Assembly: GCF_003704095.1 (NCBI RefSeq)
Contig: NW_020844895.1
Location: 124,001-188,000 of the forward strand
Direction: 5' to 3'
Origin: Pocillopora damicornis
Lineage: Eukaryota
Length of the DNA stretch: 64,000 nt
Within the stretch, counting starts at the first letter, position 1. Every line of letters begins with the position of its first letter. Positions 12,109-25,452 of this stretch are shown one piece after another. Both the position numbers and the translations under genes were made by a program. The notes beneath the pieces were generated by a model, which had not been told where the DNA came from, ran no database searches, and saw only the letters and a program-made list of their open reading frames with translations.

Positions 12109-14799
12109 TCAACAAATACTCTCAGCTTCTTCCAGATCTCTTAGATATTCTTCAATCCATTCCCACACCATTTTGGCCACTTTTTCCGACGTATCCAACA
12201 CGAAAGCGTGCCTGATGTCTTTATCCCGTGACAGTTTGATGTCACCATCCGGGAACCTTTCTTTCATAGCCTCATAATAATTCTGTGGAACCCAGGGATC
12301 GCCGAGCCCGTAGAAAAAAACTAGTTTGTCCAGATTGGCGCGTATGCAATCATTGTCTAATTCACGTATCGTAACGAGCTGGCGGCCAATCTCCAAAACG
12401 TTATCAACTGTACGATAATTAAGCATAGATTGCGCCGCTTCCATGATAGACTCTTTGTTTTCAACCTTGTTCAAGTACATCCACCAGTTAATGGACCACC
12501 TTTGAAGAAAGGAGGGTAAAAAAGACACCAAAACTGTTCCCATAAGGAAAGGCCAATGTAGATAGTGGCAGATAAATTTCCACATTTTCCCACTAGGTGC
12601 AGAATCCACTTGCTCAATTGTTGGAAATAGAAGGACGCATTTCAGGATTTTATCCTTGTTGTGATACCGCTTCAGCATTTCCAGAGCAATGTACGCCCCG
12701 ATCGAATGGCCAATCAGAATGACTCTGCAGTGTGCAGGGATGTAGTAAGCCAAGAAGGCCAGCTTGTGCTCGATTTGGTCTGTGAGTGAGAAAGACGATG
12801 GCAAATCAGGCTGATCCCATTGTTTGCTTTTCCATCTGCATGGTCCAGTCGGTTCATCCACTGGCGCATGGCCTGAAAAGAAATGTATACACAATGGACT
12901 CGTGTTTACTCTTAACGCTTTTCGAACGAGTGTCGTAAAACCAAAACTAAAGTAATCACGTACAACGGCCAATCAAAAGAATGGAAAGAACCCCAAAGAG
13001 CCAATGAGAACTCGATGTTAAAACAAAGAGATTGTGTTAAAGCGCGGGAAAACGCTAGCAATCAAGTCGTGATCGGTATTAGCTTGGCATCTGATTGGTT
13101 ACGAAAGTGGCGCAAGTGTTCTGGACCAATCATAACATTGCAATTTCCTCATTTGGTGATTGGTGCACTGACTGCTTTATTTTTCATTAATTATTTTAAA
13201 GAGTTATAATCGTGCAGTTGAAGCAGCCGATCATATTAAGTCCACCCAGCTAAATTCACCAATAACAGAATTGATCAAAATAACCATAGCGACAACCACT
13301 TATCCCAGGAAAAACTGGAGAATTTCCAAAATGGAGGAATATTTTAACTTTAGACATTGTCTCCATAGAAGACAGTTTTCTAGATGTATTTGTTTTTTCG
13401 AAAATTGTAATGGTAATTATTAATTGGTAGCAGGAATTCTTGTCGTTGAGTTCTGTGTTTACAATAATAATTCCTAGATCACCCATGAGTTCTACCGACG
13501 GATATCGACACGAAGATACTTACATGACAGTTTAATGTGTATACAAGAAATTCCTGTTTTGTCGGAATATGCATATACCTAAGCTTTCACAGTGTAATTA
13601 ATATGAAATCTGTGTATAGTTTGACATCATTTGATGAATTATCAAGCAATTCCGTCTGTTTCGAAGGACAATTCCATCTTTAAATTTACACTCTTCCGAA
13701 CTAATTTCTTAATACCGTCATCCAGTTTTTTTGCGGTGATAAAAAAAGTCGAATATCATCCTCACCATTTTCAGTGTCATCATACAACGATGAAATGGAC
13801 ATAAATTGTCGTCGAACGAGAAATCTTAAATCTTTCATTCGTTTTTGCGCCTCCACCAATTAAGAAATAACGAAATAAATCATAAACTGGTTCTAAATTT
13901 GAATCGTTCACTCACAATAGCAGCCTTTATGTTCAAGATATTATCCAGGCTCAAAATATACAACGAGAAACAAAACTGTAGAGATAATTCTGTTATTTAC
14001 CTATAATACAACATTGATGAGGTTGTCGTTTTCATGGCACTTATATCAGTTAAAATCAATTCGTGTAATTGCAAGTGACATCTGACGCAAAATATAAAAC
14101 AAATCCATTAAACTTCTTAACGATATATCGTGCGCTCTCAGAAAGTTTTCACGTTTCTATCACATATTTTTAAAGATGTATATCAATATTTCAGTTTTTT
14201 GTGAAGTAAATAATGAAAGTTTCATTCAGGAGGTGGTGACGGAAGTTGTTCGCATGTTGTGGCTTTTTATTTTTAAATGGATTTTTCCCTCAGATTTGAG
14301 TTTACAGCAGATGGCCGTATTTGACTCACATGTAAGTGTATATCGACGGTTACAAAGTGGACTACGCCGTCGCAGAAAGTGGATTGAAGTGAAATCTAAA
14401 AAGATTTTGCCAAGGAGGAACAGCTTTATCATTTTTGGTTGATGATTCGAAGGTTATAGAATAATTTGAGAAAAACTATTATAAACAAAACCATTGAGAT
14501 CGATCAAAACATTCTCGCTTATTCGATTTGCCCAAGGCCTTTCAAGCATCATTTTCGTTGTAGCATTGTTTGTAAATTGTTGTTTGACTCCTACCTGCAT
14601 GCGAAACACCGTAAACGGAATATTTTCCTTTTCCCGCTTGAAATATTGTTGAGATAAAAATATCGTAAAAACCAATACCACCTGGGTTACCAGGGATCAC
14701 AACGATGCAAATATTTTCTTCTGTAGACATTGCACTGGATATTCTCGTCGCCACTCCATTGATGAGAGCAATTTCATGCTTCACAGGATTGTTATTCAT
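12109..14799 (-). CDS. LDAH: Lipid droplet-associated serine hydrolase (alpha/beta hydrolase), 2 coding exons
   Basis: Exon 14799-14595 (VVIPGNPGGIGFY...VSHA; an upstream in-frame ATG at 14883 is possible) joins in phase 1 to exon 12872-12109 (GHAP...LTDQIEHK...LIGHSIGAY nucleophile elbow...LLFPTIE...FFYGLGDPWVP...IRHAFVL, TGA). Confidence 0.9.
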
Positions 14800-16202
14800 C
14801 TTTCCCCCAGCGAAATGTAATTCTTTTCCTTGCAGACAATTCCGTTTTGATGTTGACAAGTATGACAACTTTAGCACACGCATGCGCTAACCACACGAGC
14901 GTACCCCAAGTTGCAGGTTATAAAATTTTAAACGGTAAACTTTTTTTGTTTAAAACAAAGGGGCACTTTTCATGAGAACTAAGCTTTTTTTCTTACGAAG
15001 TGTCCTTCTTTCTATTGTGATAACCTCCCAGTGCATTTCTTTCGCAGAAAATGTGGCAAATTTTTGTTCTAAAACATAAAATATGATTTAAATTTTCGCT
15101 TGACAGATCGCCTTGTTTTTTCGATCACGGAAACGCTCGATTTAAATATTTATAACTTTCCATTGTACACGACTATCAAAGCAAACAAATCGATCTATAG
15201 CTTGACAAAGCTAAAAAATGAATCGTAGTTCTGTGTAGCCATCAATGGCATTCGATTAAAAATGAAATTACAACAATAATTCAAACATTAAAATATAGAT
15301 TTTAGACGCTTACCATGGCTGATCAATCTTTACTTACTTTCTACCCAATCGCACCACGGTGTTCTGTCGATGTAGGGAGAGTTCATAATTCTGATTCTTT
15401 TAAACAATTTCCTGGTGTTATTTCCTCTTACATTAAGCAAAAAAGAAAATATTTAAACGGAATGATTAAAACAAAATTATGGCAGTAGAACGTGCAATTT
15501 GGCTTTCTAGCTTTTCTTGACTTTTCAGCTGTTTTAGGAAGCCGAAAACCCATTTTGGATTTTATTTCATCGATAGAAATTCCTGTTGTTGTAGGAAATT
15601 GTTGTTATTCCTTATCTCTATTCAAATAGGGTCGAACAGTGTAATAAAAAATAAAGTCTTTGAAAAAATGGCACAAGCAGCACAATTTAAGGTTAATAGA
15701 CCTTAACAGGATTCTCCATTCCACGCTGATAGTGATCAATCAAAATAAGACAACGTAATGATAATCAAAGGCTCTGAAAAATTAAACAGTCTTTGATTGA
15801 TAAGCCTTGTCTTAAAAGCAAGCGCATCGATCATTTTCCTTCCCATCCCCTCACCCCCTGCAACTGTTTCACCTTTTTAATATAAATTGATCTTTTTTCT
15901 AGAAGTGCTGTTGAAACAAGCGTCCATTTTCGCGCGTGGAGCACGCGTAGGAGAAATATACCTTTCTTTTCCACGCGTGTCTCCTCGCTCCTCAATCTAA
16001 CGACCCTCGTGCCTCTCGCTTTGCAAAATTAAAAATTTCCTCAATTGTTTAGCCTGTGACTTTCTCTGTTTCACCTGCTCTTTCCCATGATCCTTAGCTA
16101 GTATCTTGTTACTGCGCCTACGGTATAGCTCAGCGGTGAATTTCTGTGGTTACGCGACGCCATCTTACATGTTGTTGTATCGAATGCGGCTCTATTACTT
16201 CC

Positions 16203-19200
16203 ATGGCGACGTTGTCGAGATCTAAAGGGGCGCGATCTGGTAAGTTTTTCATAGATATTTTACATGCAAGTAAAATAGAAGGCTTTTCTCATCAGAGTGT
16301 TGGGTGTTTTCTTTTGAATAGCGTCTCCACTTAGGAACAGCACGCCAGACAATCTACGTCGTTCTGGAAGCTTTGGTAAATCGAGTGGGAAAAACTTACA
16401 TTTAGCTGCTTCGTTTGATTCCAAATCGAGGTGGGTAGATTTTTTAATTGCCACTGTTGCAATTTATTGCTGTGATCAAATTGGGTTTTAATTTTAATTA
16501 CGTAGGCCCACTGTGGAGGAACACCGTAAGGGAATAGCGCATGCACCTTTACCAATATTCTGTGCATTCTTCAGTTGCTACAACTATCAGTAGATGTTTG
16601 CACATCTTCTTAGATCTTGAGCTATTTTCATGTGTGTGTCTAGGATTCACGCCAAAATGACTTTTTGTTTTTAGAAATATCATTATGTTGACTTGACTTG
16701 CGGCCAAAAAAAATTTAAAAAGTATTTAAATAACCTCATTACTGATATTCATGTCAGAGATATGGGAAATTCAGGCTGCCAAACTTGGCACGAAATGAAT
16801 TTTAAATTTTTTCAACAAATCACCATTGGATTAAAGAAATGTAAAGCACGTTTTACTGAAGGATCTGTTTTGTATGAATTTGTATGAAAAGTCATGTTTA
16901 TGTGTAATTTAAGCTACAGACAACTATCTTTAAAGTTACTCTATATTATTGTGTTTGGATTAATTAGTTAAATACTGGATCTACCATGCAAAGTAAATTA
17001 ACACCTTCGATTCGATTGGTGTAATCAGTAATCAGTAATTTTAACTAGCAAACATAATAATAATAATTTAATAATTTACCAATTTATATAGCGCGTATTT
17101 ACATGTGCTGATCAATAGCGCTTTACAATCATATGTTTAAAACATCTAGTGTTTATAAAAATATATAAAGTAGAAAGTGAAAAATTTCATTATGACTTTT
17201 CTTTTTTCTTTTATTAACTTATGGACCATATTTCTGTCATCTTTGATTAATCTTCTATGTTTTGAGAAAATAACTTTTTGCTAGGATTCATTGGCTTCTT
17301 TCATGTATTGTGTCCCTTAGAGAAAGCCTTTAATTCACATGACTGACCAAGACAGAATTTCTCCTTACAATATCAAAGTAATATCAAGAAGACAATTGAT
17401 AAGAATCAAAAAAATTATCAACTAGGAATAATTGATTGATCCAATACCAAATTCTTGGAAATAACATGATAAGAAACACCAGAGAGAAATTACTCATGAG
17501 ATCTTTGGGAGTGAAAGGGTTAACTTACTCTTGGAATTTTCTGCTCTGTTATAGCACCTAGATCTAAGTCTCATATGAGAGAAGCACAATATGTAACCTC
17601 TGAATATGAATTATGTTTTTGTTCTCTTATAGAAAACATGCAAGATCTTCCTCTTCCACAACGGAAATTGGAAACATTGAAAATGAGTACATTAGGAATC
17701 TTCAACAACAGATTTACTTCCTTGAATTGGAAGCTAACTATCTGTATCCTTTATATGACAGTGATTTAAACCTTTAGTGTGGTAATTTCACTGCTTGAAT
17801 GCAGCAGAAAGGTTTCTTTAGAGGATTTTTTTTTTAAGTCTAGATTTTCTATGCCACACAATATAGAAAAAAATTGGCTTTTTATTCTGTAAGAGACTTT
17901 TCCAGAGAGAATATTTAAAATTAAATGAAAGTCTATACCTATGCATAACTAATTATTTTCTGGTGATCAGTCACCAGTTTTTCTCAGTTTTGTAAGGAAA
18001 TTATTGCATAACTGAAGGGAAAAGCAGAACAAAAATCTATTTTATTCAAGTGAATTGAATTGCAATGTCTCTTTTGCTCTCTATTGTGCATAGGCTCTAC
18101 ATGTTAATTTGGAAGGAGAACAAAGCAGTTTTAAAAGCCACTTACAAAGGGCTTCATATCATTCATTCCTTCAATTGTTTGATTGCATCTGTTTCCTTTC
18201 CTTAACTTGTAAATACTTCTTAAGACGAGAACAAGCAAGGAAAGCTTCAGGTAATTACTGGGAATGAAGAACATTTTGTATGAGATATTTTCTTTCGTCA
18301 CATGTTTTGTTTTGACCTATGATCAGGAGAGTCAGACAAAAGTACACAATTGACTTACAGGTCAAGGATAATTTTTCTTCTCATGAACCCATATTATGTC
18401 ATTTTAGATGGTTCTTTAAACCTTTGTATAGGTAATGACATGATTTCATGTGCAAGTTGGTGTAAATAAGCACATTAAGTAAATTTTTCAAAGTGAAAAA
18501 AAATTGCATGAGCCCATACTGATCTCAGTAATCTCTTTTCCCCTCACTGTGTCTTAACAACATCTTCATTTGTTATTGTAAGGAGAACTTACAGGCTGGA
18601 CGGGTCCAGAGTCAAAAGGGTTTCAACCTTGGTATATTATGTATTTGTATTACAGCCATTCCACCTCGCGTCACTGAGGAAGCAGATCGTATGATGCGAA
18701 AGCTACGAGATCTTCAGACTCAAGTGGATGAACGATCCTCAGATGTTGCCAGGAAAGAATCTCAAATGCACATGTTGGAGGCAGAGAAAGAATCTGCCAT
18801 CAAACGCCTCAGGGATGCTGAAGGTGAGATCTACTGGTAGTATGAAATACAAGATTGTTACTTCTCCCATTTCTCTTCTGCTCCATCTTCTGAACACTTT
18901 AACTCCCAATATCTGGTTGTTCATTCTCCCCTCCAGCTGTTACACATTTCCTTGTAAATTAGTTATAAGAATTTGGTGTAAGATCAATACAACAAATTCT
19001 ACCTGATAAGTTTGAACATTCTCATAACGTATTTGCTGAAAAATGTACAGGTATTTTAGGGAGAAGTTGCATGTCAATCACTATTGGGATTTAAAAGGTT
19101 AATTCAATTCCAATGAGAAGACTATTGCTCACAGTAGATGACAAAGAAATAACCTCCTCCCCCCATGCCCACACGTACACAAACCCATATACACACTCAA

Positions 19201-22200
19201 AGCAGCAGCACAATGCTCTTTTATCTTTTTGGACATTGCTGGGCATATGAATTTTTTGACTCTGTCTATATTTTGGAAATACATACCCCCTTCCTACCAA
19301 TCAAACCAGAAACTCAGGCTGGCTTTTTTTACTAGCAGTCAGCTGAAGGCAATGTTTAACTAAATGCTTATTTTATCTCCAACTTGTGTCAACTTATCCC
19401 CAGAGTCTCACGCAGCAGAGAAGCGTCAGTTAGTGAATGAGATAGTCTCGCTGAAAAAGATGTCTGACCTACGTGAACGTGAAAGTGCAAGACGAGATGT
19501 GCAGGTACATCAGTACAAGAGTGAAGCTGATAAAGGACTGACTGCTTTACAAGAAGCAGAGAGAAAAGTGCAAAACTACAGAATAGAGGTAAGTAGAAGG
19601 TTTACCATCTCAATGGTTCTGTGTCTGTTAATCCTTTACATCCTAACATCAGTTTGCATCTTCTCCATACTGTTCTTCATACATTTCCTAAGGTGCTGAC
19701 AGGGAGAATTTGTGTAACAATCATGAGCTTCTTTAGTTAGTGATCATTTCTTATATTCTCATGACCTTAATGTGTGATTCAGGGGTGATATTGTAAGGAG
19801 AAATTAGATGTTAGTCACTCTTTTGGGGTCAAAGGGTTAAAAGAGCATTTTGAACAAGTTTTGTTGAGTTATCAAGCCATCACAATGACCAATCATAGGA
19901 AAGGAGAAAATATTAAGGTAGTGATAAGACATCAAAGCAAAAAGCAGCCATTTACATGCAAACCAAAAGCCAAATAATCAAAACAGCTGATCAGCAAGCA
20001 AACTAACTGAAACATGGGAATCGTCCCTCGTTGTGCATGACACTCACCTCTTGCATTCATGGATCACCAGTTGGGTGACAAGGTGGGCTTCTGAACCCGT
20101 TCACTCCCAAGATAATTCTCCTTACTATCTGCCATACAATTCTTATGATGTTAGTTCAGAGAATTTGGTACTGGATCAACTAATAATCCCATAATTGATA
20201 TTCTTCTCTATTCACATCACTTACCTGCTTGATATGGTATTAATATTGTAAGGAGAAATTTGGTTTTGGTCTCTTGTGGGAGTGAAAGAGTTAAGAAGAT
20301 CTGTAGAATGCATATTATTCCATAGTCCTTCCTTTTTCTTGGATTTTCCTTAAAAGATATCATTTACTTTAATTCCTTGTTATGACTTTTTCTGGATCCA
20401 CTCTATGCTGTTAATGTAAAATAATAAAAAAGAAATGGCATAGAAGGCCAAATCTTTGGGTTTTCTTTTCAGCTGAAGTTTTATAATTTGATTTTAGCTT
20501 GACCACAAGACTGAAGATTTGAACAATGTAAGAATTGAACTAGAAGAGAAGAGAGCAGAATGTTTAAAGCTTAAGACGCAGCTGCAAGAGATGGACGACA
20601 AGTTTTTTGACTCTCAAGCAAAAACAAAGGAGGAGTTAGGAAGGGCACTCAGGGTGAGGACAGACTACTGTTACTACATGAATTGCACTGTCAAGGATTG
20701 TGCAAATTGAGTTTACTCTGTTATTTTGCAGGAAGAGATACGCCAATTAAGACTACAATTAAAAGAAAAAGAAATAAATGCTGAACAGGACAGAAGCTTG
20801 AGAAACAAGGTAAAGATTTTTTAAAAATTACCTTTTGCAAGAGCCGGGCTCGATTTGTGAGCCTGAAAAGTTTTGCCTGTTGCAACCATCTTCGCTCACC
20901 TTTAGCTTGTTCAGTGGCCTCTGTAGTATTTGCTCACCCAAGTAAAGTAAAATTTTAAGGTGTTATTCATTATCACCCCGTTTCCATACCATGATAATAA
21001 TTATTTTGTTTATCCATAATTGTATCGCTATGGAATAGTTCTTTGACAATACGGTTTTTTTTAGATCCAGGATGATTGCACGGCGTTAATCAAAGAAAAT
21101 GCTGCTATATCTGCTCAGGTCGTAGAACTTAGAAAACAAATAGACATGGTAAGTCCCAGATTTTCAAATTTTTTTTTGAGTGATTGTGTTAAAAGCGTTG
21201 TCTGTATAGGGGATAACTTGATTTCGAGTGTAGTTTGGAGTTCATAAGCACGAGTAAATTTTTCAAAAACAACAAAACTGCACGAGCCCGTAGGGCAGGT
21301 GCAATTTGTACTCTTTGAAAAATTTACAAGTGCTTATTACACCAAATTGCAAGATAAATCATGTCGAAGTTTTGACAGCGTGCGCGCGCTATTTGTAATT
21401 TGAACTCGTGTTACAACTTTGCAATCGTGTTGCATGAGAATGCACTCGTTTTCAGCTAATGAGAAGCGCGTGATTTTTCATGTACATTATTAAGAGGTTA
21501 GGTGTATCAAAAGAACTTTCCCGCCAATACAAATAGTCACACCACATTCTATCCGCTTACTCACTATCTATCATGGAACAGATAGCGAGAGGCGTAGCCA
21601 ATCAGATTGTAGAATAAGTAAACGAATAAGTAGATTTATACTAATGGTTATTGCTTGCCTTTTGTTGTTTTCACCCGATCACGCGCGATTGTGTAGCTTT
21701 TCCGCGCTTTTAACCGGTTATGAGCAATACAGATAAATTCATTAACGATCGTGATCAGCAGAATTTTGGTTTAAAAAGGAAAACAATTGTAGTAATCTTA
21801 ATGTTTTTTTTTCTCTTTAGGATCGTGCTCATAAGGACGAGAAAGATTTTCGTCGACACGCAAACATCCAAGAGCTTGTGACTCTGAAAGAAAGCGAGAA
21901 ACACCTACAGCATGAGCTTGAACGAATCAAGGAACTGTTAAAAATCGAACAAAAAAATCACAGGGAGACCCTTGCCAAGGTATTTTGAATTATGGCGCGC
22001 TTCGATTGCTTTTCGCGGAATCAAAACGGAAGGAATCAACATGACCAATCAAAAGAGGGAAAACACTGCAACGAGCCAATGAGAAATCGTGTCATGCAGA
22101 CTTCATGAAGCGCGGGAAATGCGAGTGAAATCTTGCTCGTGATTGTTTGAGATGGTAGCGGGAGTTTTTTAAAGCAATCACAGAAAGCCAATAAAAAAAG

Positions 22201-23656
22201 ATCATAACCAATGGATTACTTGCGTCGAGCAACGAGGTTGCCCTATCAAAGGTTTTAGGTGACTCTGTGTCCAGTTTACCCTAATACTCTTAAAATATTT
22301 TCGTGGCGTAAACCAATTTCGTTGTATCGATTTTGACTAATATTGATTTGAGTCTTCGTTTCTTCATCTATCTTTTTGTTTATACAGTTGTCAAGAGAAG
22401 AGCAAGCTTCCCTAGAAGGTAAATATTTCAAGCAAACTCTCTAACACTGCTTAAAAAATCATGAATTTTAAACCCGCGGTTTTTGTTAAAGTCGATTTAA
22501 ATGAAAAATGTAAATGAAAGAAGAAATGAACAGATGACAAAAGGAATTTATTTAATAAAGCATACAGGTTTAACTCTCATGACATCTTTCCTTGCAGCGA
22601 ACTTGAAGCGAACTCAACTCCGTAACGAATTAAACGAAGTGGAGGGACACCAAGACTCAACTAACTCAGAGAACGTGGCTCTAAAGAGAGATAAACTGCT
22701 CCTCGCTGACGAAGTAGCGAACTTAAACGCAAAGGTACTATATAGCGACAAAACAAGTTAATGCATGAATCATGTATCCGCGTTGAAGTATCGATTCTTA
22801 CCTGCCTGCCATACCTGCGCGAAAGCTGCTGAAATTTTTCTTGGGGACCTAAACTCAGCCACTTTTTCCATATCTTTACCCACGAGTATGTCACCCTTCA
22901 CTTGTGGGTGTGCACCTTTTCACTCGCGGGTATGTCACCGTTCACTCGCGGGTATGCCACTTTTCACTCGCGGGTATGTCACCGTTCACTTGCGGGTATG
23001 CCACTTTTCACTCGCGGGTATGTCACCCTTCACTCGCTTGTAGACCACGTTTCACTCGCGAGTATGTCACCGTTCACCCGCGGGTACGCCACCTTTCACT
23101 GGCGGGTATGTCACCTTTCTTTTGCGGGTATGCCACTTTTCACCCGCAGGTGTGTCCCCTTTTACTCATGGGTATGTCACTTTTCACTCTTGAGTTTATC
23201 ACCTTTCACTCGTGGGTTCGTCACCTTTCACTCGCGCGTATTATATCTTCCTCTCGCGGCTGTGTCACCTTTCGCTCGCGGATTTGCCACCACTCACTTG
23301 TGGGCATGTCACCTTTCAGCAGTTCAACCGCGGATCTGCCCAAACATACCCGTAATCACTTCTTTTGCAATAAAGCATTCATTCTTGTGTCTCGTAGTCT
23401 ACTGTTTTCATTTACTCATGTCAATAATGTTTTTTTTCTCACATGCTAGCTTGACGAACGTGACGAAGAAGTGGAGCGCCTCAAACTGCGACTTGAAGAC
23501 TCCGAGTCGCGCTGCTCGCATATGGAATCCAAAGTTCGAATGCAACGAAGCTTGGAATCCATCAAATGGGAAGAGTTTGAGAAGCTGGCCACAACCATGA
23601 GAGAATTCTCCCGCTCGATGAGTCCATCAAAAAGTGGTAGCTTGGTGGATTACTAG
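16203..23656 (+). CDS. Uncharacterised ~495-aa coiled-coil protein, 13 exons, one U12-type intron
   Basis: In-phase exons 16203-16239, 16322-16430, 17633-17743, 18225-18250, 18656-18823, 19404-19588, 20498-20653, 20732-20809, 21065-21148, 21821-21979, 22388-22418, 22598-22734, 23450-23656 total 1488 nt and end in TAG. Ser/Arg-rich N-terminus, then ENEYIRNLQQQIYFLELEANYL, then E/K/R/L heptad-rich sequence. Confidence 0.85.
17744..18224 (+). other. U12-type (minor spliceosome) intron, GT-AG subtype
   Basis: 5' site GTATCCTTT at 17744-17752; branch site TTCCTTAAC at 18198-18206; AG at 18223-18224. Removal restores ...ANYL-REQARKAS. Confidence 0.9.
19628..19840. mobile_element. piggyBac-like MITE copy
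   Basis: TTAA|TCCTTT...GTAAGGAGAAATTAGATG...AAAGGG|TTAA. Confidence 0.7.
22875..23320 (+). repeat. 22-bp CpG-rich minisatellite (~20 units)
   Basis: Unit CACTCGCGGGTATG(T/C)CAC(C/T)(G/T)TT; two variants alternate in the best-conserved part. Lies in the last intron of the coiled-coil gene. Confidence 0.9.
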
Positions 23657-25452
23657 ACGTGTTTCCTTTTTTAACTTTTCAGTTCTTCTCGAATGCAAAA
23701 CTAACCTCATTATTTGGTCTGACAGAGATTCCCTTGGTTAGGAGCTGTTATAAATTCGTCTTGGTTTTATATTCTGATAAGTTCATTCTGTAATTCCAGA
23801 GCGCTGTGGTATCTTTGCTTATTTGCAACGTTACACGGCGAGTTGCAGCAACCTTTACAGTGCCATGGACACCAAAGGCCTTAAAAGGCATCATATGCCC
23901 ATCGTAAAAGGCCTTTTGCAGTTAGTGGCCTATGTGCAAGTACAAAACTCATGTTACTTGAGAGAAAATGAGGAGGAAAATTTCAGTCCGTTTGCCTTTT
24001 TGGCGTCTAAGGCGAATTTGCTTGAGAGAGAATTGCGCATTAGAGTATTCAGTTCGATAGAAAAGGAATTTAAATTCGTTTGCCGTTTTGGATACCTGGG
24101 CGCAAATTCGCCCTCCAGGAAGGTCTTTGATATCTAAGATTACTGACTGAAATGGGCCTGTTTAAACTGTAAACATTTTCATATTAGTGTATCAGCTTTG
24201 ATCTGTTCTGGAGTTTTGTCAGTGAATGAGCTGACAAAGACTTTGGAAGCTCCGTTTACTGACTCAACGATCTGGTCTTCACAACGAGAAAAACGTAAGC
24301 ACAAGCCAGCATATGAGCTGTGCGGTGGTGCTTTTCGTTAGAATCCTTCAGAGCAAGTGACGTTTTGATAAACACGCCTGCTCGACTCGTTTTTGAAAAC
24401 CAGCCTCATGGGTTTGACTTCCGCTAGAATCTACTTCCGCTTTCGCGTAGGTTTGTCTTCCGATTCTGTTTAAGCCGACATCCGCTGGCTGTTACAAGGA
24501 AACTTCATAAGACTATCCTTAATCAGGAAATCATTAAAGAATTATATGTAGTGATAATTTTGCATTTTCCCCATTTTTTTTTTTCAAGATTTTAACTTTT
24601 TTACCTCTCTTACATTTTGGTGGATATTTCTTTTTCCTCAATACCTGTACGTTTAACAATGTCTTGACAATGTAAAGAGAAATTAATAAGGGATGAACAG
24701 AGTGTTTAGGTGTGAAAATGGTTTTAAAAAAGAACTGCATGGAACTATGAAAAAAATTATTAAGAAAACCATTTTTAATTTATTGTGATATTAATTATAA
24801 CTTTCTGTTGTTTGAAAGAATCAAAAGCCAAATAAAATCATATACAGGTAAATCATTACCAAACGGGCTGTGAATTCTTGATAAACTGGCTTAATACACT
24901 TTCCAGTTTCCATGGCAGCTTTCTTGGGAAAAATAGACTCATCCATTTAAGAAATCCTTCAAAAATTTAGAATTACGAAAGTGACGGGGAAAAATTTCCG
25001 CTCATGGATGCAATCCTGTCGAGAAAGGAGCGCTTTTCTTTCTTTTTTTCTTTTTTCTTTTTTTCCCCTCGTCCGCTCCGCTGTCGCTAGCACGTTCCGG
25101 AATCGTTTTCTGCGTGTTTGTTCCTCCCTTCGCTCAACTAAGCAATAAAAGACAAGAATAAGAAAAACGAAAAAAACAAAATAAAACGGCTGTTGAAAGA
25201 CTTTAATTTCCAAGGATAGACTATTTAAAGGGCTTAAAGTTTTACCGCCAATTGGGATGGACACCTAAACCAATGAAGCGAAATTAAACCATAATTTCTG
25301 CATCCTCGCATCTTTTTCGAGCTCTCAGGTCTCCGTAAATTAAGTTTGAGTTTTAAGCAAGAAAAGTCCGTTTATAAACTATCTTTCTGACTTCTTATAT
25401 TAAAGACAGAAACGTGGAGAGTTCGCTCTGCTTCCCAAGTACCGCAGGATCC

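Noticed and set aside
22765-23600. Three overlapping ORFs (92, 232, 181 aa) and a CRISPR-like look
   Set aside because: Products of a stop-free 22-bp minisatellite inside an intron. There are no unique spacers and no cas genes, and the context is eukaryotic.
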